A stretch of DNA of 64,000 nucleotides from Clostridia bacterium. Its GTDB lineage: Bacteria; Bacillota; Clostridia; Christensenellales; CAG-917. The translations under genes and the position numbers were made by a program. The notes below the pieces were generated by a model. It made no database searches. It saw nothing but the letters and a program-made list of their open reading frames with translations, and had not been told where the DNA came from. Location of the stretch: assembly GCA_036654095.1 (NCBI GenBank), contig JAVVSR010000008.1, forward strand, positions 6,878 to 70,877, written 5' to 3'. Shown in pieces: positions 56,616 through 64,000 of the stretch. The number at the start of each line of letters is the position of its first letter. The first letter of the stretch is position 1.

Positions 56616-58685
56616 ATGAGCGAAATTGTAAAAAAAATATATAAGTCAACTAAAAAGGAACGCTTTAGTCTGCTGGACTATATAATTGTAGTCGGTAGCA
56701 GTATATTGTTGCTTTTCGTTTTTGACCAATATAAGTTATTAAGCGTACCTGTGTTACATTATTATACAATTCCAATGGTCACGGTAATTTACTATTTAAT
56801 TTTCCAAATTTGTTTAAAACTTCATCGCACTATGTGGGAATACGCTATATCGCGAAACTTTTTTAAATTGGCAATAGCTGTTTTTTTAACTACGGCCTTT
56901 TCATACGCGTCGATTGAAGTCGTTTTAAGAATAGAACCAACAACATATTTAAGCTATTATATATCATTTTTCTTTGTGTGCTACACCTTGCTAATTTTAT
57001 TGCGTTTTTGGGCTTTATATATTTTTGCCGAGGGTCACCGCAGGAAAAATAAGCGCGCTAGCGGAAATGAAAATAATACTATGATTATTGGCGCAGGTTG
57101 GACTGGCAGCACCATTGCCAAGGAGCTTTTAAATAATCCCGATATTTTTTATCCTGTTTGTTTTTTGGACGACGATTTTGACAAAAACAATAAGGAAATT
57201 TTAGATGTTCCTATTGTAGGGAAAACTTCAGATGTTTTTTCGGCAGTGAGGAAGTTTGATATTCATAAAATTATTTTTGCTATACCAACGTGTGACAAGG
57301 AAAAGAGGAAAGCTATTTTAAAAGAGTGCGTTGAAACTAAATGCGTTTTAAAAGTTGTTCCGCCAATACAGGAATTAATTGACAAGTCCGATGTTATCCC
57401 TCAAACGCGTGATGTGCGCATTGAAGACTTGCTTGGCCGTGAACCATTGAGTTTTGATACTAGCGAAGTTAGGCAGTATGTTGCCGATAAGATATGTTTG
57501 GTCACGGGCGGAGGCGGCTCGATTGGAAGTGAACTGTGCAGACAAATTGCAAGTTTTAATCCTAAAAAACTTATTATATTAGATATTTATGAAAATAACG
57601 CCTACGATATTCAACAGGAGTTGGTTCGCAAATATGGTGCGTCGCTTGACCTCGACGTCGAAATATGTTCAATAGCCGATTATGATAAGTGCAAAATCTT
57701 GTTTGACAGGTTTAAACCACAACTTGTTTTTCACGCGGCCGCGCATAAGCACGTTCCTTTAATGGAAACCGTTCCCGAGCAGGCGATTAAAAATAACGTG
57801 GTTGGCACATTAAATTTGTGTAAATTAGCTATTGAATTTAATGTACAACGGTTTTTACTTATTTCTACCGATAAAGCTGTAAATCCGACTAACGTTATGG
57901 GCGCAAGCAAGCGTTGCTGTGAAATGATTTTAAAACACCATGCGCAAATAAGTACAGGTACTGTATTTTGCGCAGTCAGATTTGGCAATGTTTTGGGTTC
58001 TAACGGCTCGGTCATACCGTTGTTTAGAAAGCAAATTTCCGACGGTGGCCCTATTACTATTACGGATAAACGGATTATCCGCTATTTTATGACAATTCCC
58101 GAGGCGGTGTCGCTAGTTCTTGAAACGGGCGCGCTGTCGCAAAGTGGCGAAATTTTTGTGCTTGATATGGGTGAGCCTGTTAAAATTGTTGACCTTGCCG
58201 AAAATATGATTCGGCTTTCGGGGCTTGAAGTCGGCAAAGATATTGAAATTGTTTATACCGGTTTGCGTCCGGGCGAAAAGTTATTTGAGGAACTTCTGCT
58301 TAATGGCGAAGGCATGCGGAAAACTTCTAATAGGAAAATTTTTATTTGTAAACAAATTGATGTTGATGATAAAAACTTTATGACAGAACTTGAAAAACTT
58401 ATCAATGCCGCAAAAAACAATAAGCCCGAAGAAGTATTGGCGGAGCTTAAAGTCATTATTCCGTCATTTGACCACAAATTAAATAGTCGCGAGGAGCAAC
58501 CTGTAATAGTTGATGATATTGAAAATTTAAATAAAAAATCTGTCGAAAAGTCAAAAAATAGAAAAACAAAAAAAGTTAAGTCTGAAAATAAAACTAAAGA
58601 AAGTGAAAGTTTGCCTGTTGCAAAACCTGTTTCTAAAGAAAGTTCGTCCGTCGCAAAGAAAGCAAAAGGTCATATTAAAAGTTAG
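56616..58685 (+). CDS. Membrane-bound CapD/WbpM/PglF-type nucleotide-sugar 4,6-dehydratase (polysaccharide biosynthesis protein)
   Basis: Four N-terminal TM helices and two Rossmann motifs (IIGAGWTGS, VTGGGGSIGSEL). HAAAHKHVP and STDKAV motifs are present, with a Lys-rich tail. Confidence 0.85.
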   Translation: MSEIVKKIYKSTKKERFSLLDYIIVVGSSILLLFVFDQYKLLSVPVLHYYTIPMVTVIYYLIFQICLKLHRTMWEYAISRNFFKLAIAVFLTTAFSYASIEVVLRIEPTTYLSYYISFFFVCYTLLILLRFWALYIFAEGHRRKNKRASGNENNTMIIGAGWTGSTIAKELLNNPDIFYPVCFLDDDFDKNNKEILDVPIVGKTSDVFSAVRKFDIHKIIFAIPTCDKEKRKAILKECVETKCVLKVVPPIQELIDKSDVIPQTRDVRIEDLLGREPLSFDTSEVRQYVADKICLVTGGGGSIGSELCRQIASFNPKKLIILDIYENNAYDIQQELVRKYGASLDLDVEICSIADYDKCKILFDRFKPQLVFHAAAHKHVPLMETVPEQAIKNNVVGTLNLCKLAIEFNVQRFLLISTDKAVNPTNVMGASKRCCEMILKHHAQISTGTVFCAVRFGNVLGSNGSVIPLFRKQISDGGPITITDKRIIRYFMTIPEAVSLVLETGALSQSGEIFVLDMGEPVKIVDLAENMIRLSGLEVGKDIEIVYTGLRPGEKLFEELLLNGEGMRKTSNRKIFICKQIDVDDKNFMTELEKLINAAKNNKPEEVLAELKVIIPSFDHKLNSREEQPVIVDDIENLNKKSVEKSKNRKTKKVKSENKTKESESLPVAKPVSKESSSVAKKAKGHIKS

Positions 58686-58918
58686 TTGATGCAATTAATC
58701 CGTAAATATTTTAAAATTTAATTTTAGATGTATGCGCCATTAATAAAATATTTAATAGCTTTTGAAACTTTAGGCCTTAAAGTTGTTGATAGATAATGTA
58801 ATTTTAAGTTTGTAAAAGTAAAATATGTTTTGTTTATATTTAGAATTGTTAGTTTAGCTATAAAAAAATATTTATCAATTTGTAAAGTAAAATCACCTTA
58901 AATATAAAATCAATATTG

Positions 58919-58947
58919 CTTCTATATTTTGTATAGAAGTTTTTTTT
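58919..58947 (+). terminator. Intrinsic terminator
   Basis: CTTCTATA-TTTTG-TATAGAAG followed by TTTTTTTT. Confidence 0.65.
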
Positions 58948-59273
58948 ATTTAAATAAGCTTGTTTTTAAAAATTTTCTATTAAATTTAATTAATACAAAT
59001 TAAATATCTAGTGGCAAAAAAATAAATTATGTATACACAATATATGCGTAATTTATAAATATTATACATATTTTGCAAGTAAAACAATTTAAAACTTTAT
59101 AATCTAAAAAAACTATGAATATTTATAAAATTAAATAATCAAATTTTGCTTTTTATAAAATTATATTTGTAAATTTTAATTGATTTATTTAGTACAATAT
59201 TATATAATGCATAACGTATTTATTTTATAATGAATTTGCAATTTTGTTAAATACTATTTTATATGGAGGTCAT

Positions 59274-59915
59274 ATGAAAGATTACTTAGATGTCAATTTT
59301 ATAGATAAAAAATCGGTTTTTATTGATGAAACTGTTGTTATCGGCAAAAATGTTATTATTTATGAAAACAATCGCATTGAAGGGAATACCGTTATTGGCG
59401 ATAATTGCATTATAAAACAAGGCAACTATATTTCAAACTGCGTTATTGGTAAAGATTCGGAAATTGTATGTAGCTTTTTGGAAAACAGCATTGTGCGCGA
59501 TGGCGTCCATCTTGGGCCATATACTAGGTTGCGCCCTAATAGCGATGTTGGAAATGGCTGTAAAATCGGAAATTTTGTTGAAATTAAAAATAGTATTTTG
59601 CACGATGGCGTTAAGGCCGCGCATTTGTCGTATATTGGCGACGCGGAGATTGGCGCTAATTGCAATATCGGGTGTGGCTCGATTTTTGTCAATTACGACG
59701 GGAAAAATAAAACTCACATTAAAGTGGGTAAAAACTGTTTTGTTGGCAGCAACTGCAACTTGATTGCTCCGCTTAATATTGAAAATAATACTTATATTTG
59801 CGCGGGCACGACTGTTACCGACGATACGCAAGCCGAAGATTTTGTTATTGGACGCGTAAAGCCAACAGTAAAACCGAAGCGCGCAGGCAACTATTTAAAA
59901 AAACTGGAGGAATAA
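59274..59915 (+). CDS. Stand-alone left-handed beta-helix acetyltransferase matching the C-terminal half of GlmU (glucosamine-1-phosphate N-acetyltransferase)
   Basis: Contains GNFVEIKNS, AAHLSYIGDAEIG, NIGCGSIFVNYDGKNK and FVGSNCNLIAP. The ATG at 59274 follows GGAGG. No nucleotidyltransferase domain is present. Confidence 0.8.
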   Translation: MKDYLDVNFIDKKSVFIDETVVIGKNVIIYENNRIEGNTVIGDNCIIKQGNYISNCVIGKDSEIVCSFLENSIVRDGVHLGPYTRLRPNSDVGNGCKIGNFVEIKNSILHDGVKAAHLSYIGDAEIGANCNIGCGSIFVNYDGKNKTHIKVGKNCFVGSNCNLIAPLNIENNTYICAGTTVTDDTQAEDFVIGRVKPTVKPKRAGNYLKKLEE

Positions 59916-59918
59916 AAC

Positions 59919-61241
59919 GTGGGCGTTTTTTTTGGAACTGACGGCATTAGAGGCATTGTAAATGAGGATTTGACATTTGACATAGCAAAGCGTGTTGGAA
60001 ATGCTTTAACCTGTGTTAAAAACAAGCCTGTGGTCATTATCGGCGCGGACACGCGCATAAGTGGCAGTTATATTATGTTGGGTGTCGCAGGAGGCGCAAC
60101 CGCAGGAGGCGCAACTGTTATCGACGTCGGTGTCGTGCCTACCGCTGGCATTGCTTTTTTAACTAAGGAACTTAACGCGGATTTCGGGGTCGTGATAAGC
60201 GCGTCGCACAATAGCGCGGAATATAACGGGATAAAGGTTTTTGACAAGCGCGGATATAAATTGGTTGACAAAGAGGAAGAAAATCTTGAGCGGTTTTTTA
60301 TGCACGAGAAAGTGCAAGATTTTCCCCAAATTGGCGCGTTTACGCAAGATTTAAACGCGTACAAGCGATATGAAAAACATTTAATCGAAAGCGTGAAAAT
60401 GTCGTTAAAAGGTTTATCGGTTGTGCTTGACGGAAGCAATGGCGCGGCGCATAAAATCGCTCCACAAGTGTTTAGGTCGCTTGGAGCTACTGTCTATGCG
60501 ACCAACTGCAAAAATGATGGCATCAGAATAAACGATAATTGCGGTTCGCTTTATCCGCAGCAGCTTGCAAAAAAAGTTTTAAAGTATAAAGCAGATATTG
60601 GTTTCGCCTTTGACGGAGATGCCGACAGGGTTATAGGCGTTGATGAAAACGGCTGTATTTTTGACGGTGATATGATGTTGTATACAATGGCGACGCAGAT
60701 GTTTACTGAAAACAAACTTAAAGGCAATGTGGTTGTTGGTACAACGCACACCAATATGGGGCTTCAAGTTGCGCTTGAACGAAAAGGAATAAGTTTACTG
60801 CGCGCCAATATTGGCGATAAATATGTTTTAGCAAAGATGGTCGAAAACAATTATAATTTAGGCGGCGAGCAATCGGGTCATATTATAATGAAAGATTTTG
60901 CTTCAACTGGCGACGGCATTTTGACGGCATTACAAATGTCTGAAATGCTAATTGCAAACGATAAAAAACTGTCGCAGATGTTTGACGCAAAGCTTTATCC
61001 GCAGGTGAATATTAATATCAAGGTAAACGATAAACTTGAAATTATGAACAATGAAAATGTTATTAGTGGGTTAAATCACGCGATAAACCGTATTGGCGAT
61101 AAGGGTCGAGTTATGTTGCGCGCAAGTGGAACTGAACCTAAAATTAGAGTTATGGTGGAGTGTCTTGACGAGGTATTAGCGCGGGAATGCGCCGAGGAAC
61201 TTGTTGAAGTTGTGAAATCGGCGAATGAGCTTTTTGCATAA
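59919..61241 (+). CDS. glmM: Phosphoglucosamine mutase
   Basis: Contains FGTDGIRG, the active-site ISASHNSAEYNGIK, DGDADR and GGEQSGH. The GTG start lies 4 nt after the upstream stop. Confidence 0.92.
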   Translation: MGVFFGTDGIRGIVNEDLTFDIAKRVGNALTCVKNKPVVIIGADTRISGSYIMLGVAGGATAGGATVIDVGVVPTAGIAFLTKELNADFGVVISASHNSAEYNGIKVFDKRGYKLVDKEEENLERFFMHEKVQDFPQIGAFTQDLNAYKRYEKHLIESVKMSLKGLSVVLDGSNGAAHKIAPQVFRSLGATVYATNCKNDGIRINDNCGSLYPQQLAKKVLKYKADIGFAFDGDADRVIGVDENGCIFDGDMMLYTMATQMFTENKLKGNVVVGTTHTNMGLQVALERKGISLLRANIGDKYVLAKMVENNYNLGGEQSGHIIMKDFASTGDGILTALQMSEMLIANDKKLSQMFDAKLYPQVNINIKVNDKLEIMNNENVISGLNHAINRIGDKGRVMLRASGTEPKIRVMVECLDEVLARECAEELVEVVKSANELFA

Positions 61242-61569
61242 ATAAATGCAAAACTATGAGTAAAAGCAAAAAACGTATTAATTAGATAATATTCAAAACT
61301 AGCATATGATAAAATCTAAATAATGTATGTATAACAATATATTAATTAAGCAAACAAATGTATTTAAAATAATTAACAATAATGTTGAGTTATGATGTAA
61401 ATCATATCAACGCGCGAAGTATAAAGGTAGCTAAGTAATGATAAATAATGCCTAATTATTTGCTATATTTGAATGTTAAAATATGTCGAAATGTGTTTAA
61501 ATAAGTAATTTGTGTAATGCAAATTATCCGTTATAATGTTAAAAAAATTGATTTTATAACATAATATGT

Positions 61570-61611
61570 AAAAAAGTAGCTAATTAGATAAATAAGTTAG
61601 CTACTTTTTTG
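61570..61611. terminator. Bidirectional hairpin terminator between glmM and nagB
   Basis: GTAGCTAA...TTAGCTAC (8 bp) flanked by AAAAAA and TTTTTT. Confidence 0.5.
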
Positions 61612-61748
61612 TTTAAAATAAAAATAATTGGTGTAATAAAACTAAATAAAATATATTTCATTAATAAATATATTTTTAAAAATATTGTTGTTACCGCATT
61701 GAATAATAAAGAAATACGCGTAAGCATTTTATTTTTAAATGGCCGCTA

Positions 61749-62471
61749 TTATAGTTTGCTTGCGGCAGCTTTATCGATAATTACGATGGTATTTTTATGA
61801 TTTTGCAAAACTGATGCCGGACAAGAAACGTCAACTTTGCCTTTAATCATCTCGTAGACTGCATTGGCTTTCCCTGCGCCAGTGGCAAGCATGAGGATAG
61901 TTTTTGCGCGCATAATTTCGCCAATACCCATAGTAAGGGCGCTTGTCGGAACTTCGTTGATATTATTAAAAAAGCGCGCATTGTCACAAATCGTTTTTTG
62001 TGTAAGTTTGACTTGGTGAGTTAGGCTGTCAAATGGAGTGTTAGGCTCATTAAATGCGATATGACCATTGCTGCCGATGCCTAGAATTTGAATATCAATG
62101 GAGTTTTTTGAAAGCAAAGTTGAGTATCTTTTGCACTCATTAGGAATGTTGTCAGATAAACCATTTGGTATATTTACATTTTTCAAGTCAATATCGATGT
62201 GGTCAAACAAGTTGTCGCGCATAAATTTGATGTAGCTTTGAGGATGTGAACTATCAAGCCCAACGTATTCGTCAAGATTAAATGTTTTAATATTTTTGTA
62301 GCTAGTGCCGTTTTCTTTGTGGTCGGCAATGATTGCGTTATAGAGTGGCAGCGGAGTTGACCCCGTAGCAAGGCCTAGTGTTGCGGAAGGATTTTGTTTA
62401 ACGACTTTAAGAATTTGCGCCAAAGCCTCGCGGCCTAACTCATTTGTATCATTAACAATAATAACTTTCAT
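61749..62471 (-). CDS. nagB: Glucosamine-6-phosphate deaminase
   Basis: Contains MKVIIV, LGLATGSTP, FNLDEY and LGIGSNGHIAFNEP. The ATG at 62471 follows GGAGG. Confidence 0.9.
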   Translation of the reverse strand: MKVIIVNDTNELGREALAQILKVVKQNPSATLGLATGSTPLPLYNAIIADHKENGTSYKNIKTFNLDEYVGLDSSHPQSYIKFMRDNLFDHIDIDLKNVNIPNGLSDNIPNECKRYSTLLSKNSIDIQILGIGSNGHIAFNEPNTPFDSLTHQVKLTQKTICDNARFFNNINEVPTSALTMGIGEIMRAKTILMLATGAGKANAVYEMIKGKVDVSCPASVLQNHKNTIVIIDKAAASKL

Positions 62472-62534
62472 AAATACCTCCATTTATAATATTATTTTAT
62501 CATATCAAAATATTACTGTCAATTTGCTATATAT

Positions 62535-62562
62535 AATATTTTTTAATATATTAAAAAATATT
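62535..62562. promoter_or_regulatory. Perfect 28-bp palindrome in the nagB-minD divergent intergenic region (candidate operator)
   Basis: AATATTTTTTAATATATTAAAAAATATT equals its own reverse complement. It lies 64-91 bp upstream of the nagB start. Confidence 0.3.
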
Positions 62563-62759
62563 TTCATTATTGGAAAATTTTAATTTTAAAACTAGAATGG
62601 CAAATAAAGCAGTAAATATAACTGTTACTTTGACATAAATATACGACATAATGACATATATTACAAACTGACAAAATTCGTTAATAAAAACTAAATTCTC
62701 TTATTTTATATTGACTGGTAATATTTATAATTGCAGTGTATCCTAATTAGGGGGTTTTT

Positions 62760-63542
62760 ATGAGCAGAAGAATTGTTGTTACATCTGGCAAGGGTGGTGT
62801 TGGTAAAACGACCGTGACGGCAAGCATTGGAATTTCTATTGCCGAAACAGGAAAACGCGTTGTGCTGGTTGACGCGGACATCGGACTTAATAATCTTGAT
62901 GTAGTTTTGGCTATTGAAAATAAAATTGTATACGATATACTTGATGTAATTTCGGGCAAGTGCAAGTTAAAGCAAGCCTTAATTCAAGATGTTAATGTTC
63001 CAACTTTATTTGTTTTGCCGTCAGCAAAAATTTGTGACAGCCCTCTTATTACAGCTCAGAGCTTTAGAAATGTTGTACACGCGCTTTCGTTGTCGTATGA
63101 CTATGTTATAATTGATTGCCCCGCAGGCATTGACAATGGCTTTCATAGGGCTGTTTCGTCGGCGGACGAGGCGGTAGTTGTGACCACGCCTGCCGTATCT
63201 TCAATACGAGATGCTGACAAAGTCTTGTCACTACTTTCAAGCTATCAGCTAAACAGCGTTGGCTTGGTTGTCAATAGGGTTCGAGGGGATATGGTTATGC
63301 GAGGGGAAATGATGAGCGCGGGCGATATATCTAGAATTGTACGTACTGCTCCGATAGGTGTTATCCCTGAAGATGATTGTATTACAATGTATTCGGCAGT
63401 AGGGCGCGTTCCTTTTGACACGCAGTCGGGAAGGGCTTTTAAAATGCTAGCTACAAACATAATTTCGGGAAGCAACTATATTTTTGATTGCAATCAACGA
63501 CGCGGCGTACTTGAGCGTTTAAAGAGTTTTTTGGGGTATTAG
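62760..63542 (+). CDS. minD: Septum site-determining ATPase MinD
   Basis: Contains VVTSGKGGVGKTT and IIDCPAG, plus a C-terminal amphipathic helix (LERLKSFLG). Confidence 0.92.
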   Translation: MSRRIVVTSGKGGVGKTTVTASIGISIAETGKRVVLVDADIGLNNLDVVLAIENKIVYDILDVISGKCKLKQALIQDVNVPTLFVLPSAKICDSPLITAQSFRNVVHALSLSYDYVIIDCPAGIDNGFHRAVSSADEAVVVTTPAVSSIRDADKVLSLLSSYQLNSVGLVVNRVRGDMVMRGEMMSAGDISRIVRTAPIGVIPEDDCITMYSAVGRVPFDTQSGRAFKMLATNIISGSNYIFDCNQRRGVLERLKSFLGY

Positions 63543-63794
63543 ATGAAAAAAAACGCAAAGATAGCTAGTGAAAGACTTAAGCAGGTTTTACTTTCGGATA
63601 AGATTGCCCAACCCGAAAAATTTAACGAATTGTTAAAATCTGAAGTAGTGACGGTATTATCTAATTATTTTGAGTTGTTTCCGTCAACTTTTGAAATAAA
63701 TCTAGCGATATCCGACAATGTAATTGATATAACTATGAGGGTTAAAGGCGGCAGAATTAAACCGTATGGAAATTTTGTAACCGAAATACACTAA
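63543..63794 (+). CDS. minE: Cell division topological specificity factor MinE
   Basis: An 83-aa ORF that starts directly after the minD stop. The N-terminal basic segment and size fit MinE. Confidence 0.8.
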   Translation: MKKNAKIASERLKQVLLSDKIAQPEKFNELLKSEVVTVLSNYFELFPSTFEINLAISDNVIDITMRVKGGRIKPYGNFVTEIH

Positions 63795-63826
63795 GTATCA
63801 AAACATCGATAAATACTGGCTTACAG

Positions 63827-63858
63827 CGATATTGACTAATTTAGTCAATATCGTTTTT
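63827..63858 (+). terminator. Intrinsic terminator of minDE
   Basis: CGATATTGACTA-ATT-TAGTCAATATCG followed by TTTTT. Confidence 0.7.
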
Positions 63859-64000
63859 ATGTACTTTTTTGATTTTTTAAACAATATTTAAGAGATTTGT
63901 TTAACGAATTTTCTGTGATAATTAAAAGCATTTGCTGTTCGCTTAACTGTGTCAGTTTTTGGTTTCCATTCATTACAATAAAGTCGGTAATATGCTTTGA
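63857..64000 (-). CDS. 3' end of an unidentified CDS entering from the right edge
   Basis: The minus-strand frame is open from the window edge (SKHITDFIVMNGNQKLTQLSEQQMLLIITENSLNKSLKYCLKNQKST*) to TAA at 63857-63859. No family recognised. Confidence 0.3.
   Translation of the reverse strand, partial: SKHITDFIVMNGNQKLTQLSEQQMLLIITENSLNKSLKYCLKNQKST

Noticed and set aside
58686-59273. glmS-type ribozyme or decayed GlmU N-domain upstream of the GlmU-C/glmM genes
   Set aside because: The region is >75% AT and has stops in all frames. It contains a terminator and no recognisable ribozyme core (no conserved GC-rich pseudoknot segments).
61609-61800. 63-aa plus-strand ORF
   Set aside because: It starts inside the bidirectional terminator, is extremely AT-rich and runs into the 3' end of nagB on the opposite strand.

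Overview
This is a 64-kb chromosomal segment from a low-GC Gram-positive anaerobe, Clostridia-like. Supporting that placement are an rnfCDGEAB operon, a SpoVB/MurJ-type flippase, a DUF4363/DUF421 pair, and L-box and THF riboswitches. The content is mostly housekeeping. It includes tRNA-Ser(CGA) and an L-box-controlled asd-dapA-dapB-GNAT operon. It also includes hslO, guaB, hflX, glyQS, coaX, hom, uvrBA, a THF-riboswitch/folT unit, ppx, maf, an mreB-like gene and a parA-like gene. There is a loose amino-sugar neighbourhood (NahK-like kinase, CapD-type dehydratase, GlmU acetyltransferase-only gene, glmM, nagB), followed by minDE. I see no rRNA, CRISPR array, transposase, integrase or recognisable defence island, and no multi-gene novel system that I can defend. 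The unusual features are architectural. (1) A 100-aa protein is about two-thirds Gly+Cys, with two hydrophobic cores. (2) HflX carries an N-terminal RadC/JAB-like domain with a complete JAMM motif. (3) DapB is fused to an aspartokinase-type tandem ACT module. (4) The GlmU gene lacks its uridylyltransferase half. (5) A TauE/SafE gene is split into two half-size genes. (6) A 1260-aa surface protein is anchored at both ends and has five CBM-like repeats. (7) The SpoVB-like gene encodes its first TM helix in frame but lacks a canonical start codon. (8) Several intergenic repeat arrays are present: 77-79-bp structured tandem units, 12 A-rich 14-15-bp units, and three roughly 30-bp direct repeats. 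All family assignments come from motif recognition by eye, not from database searches.
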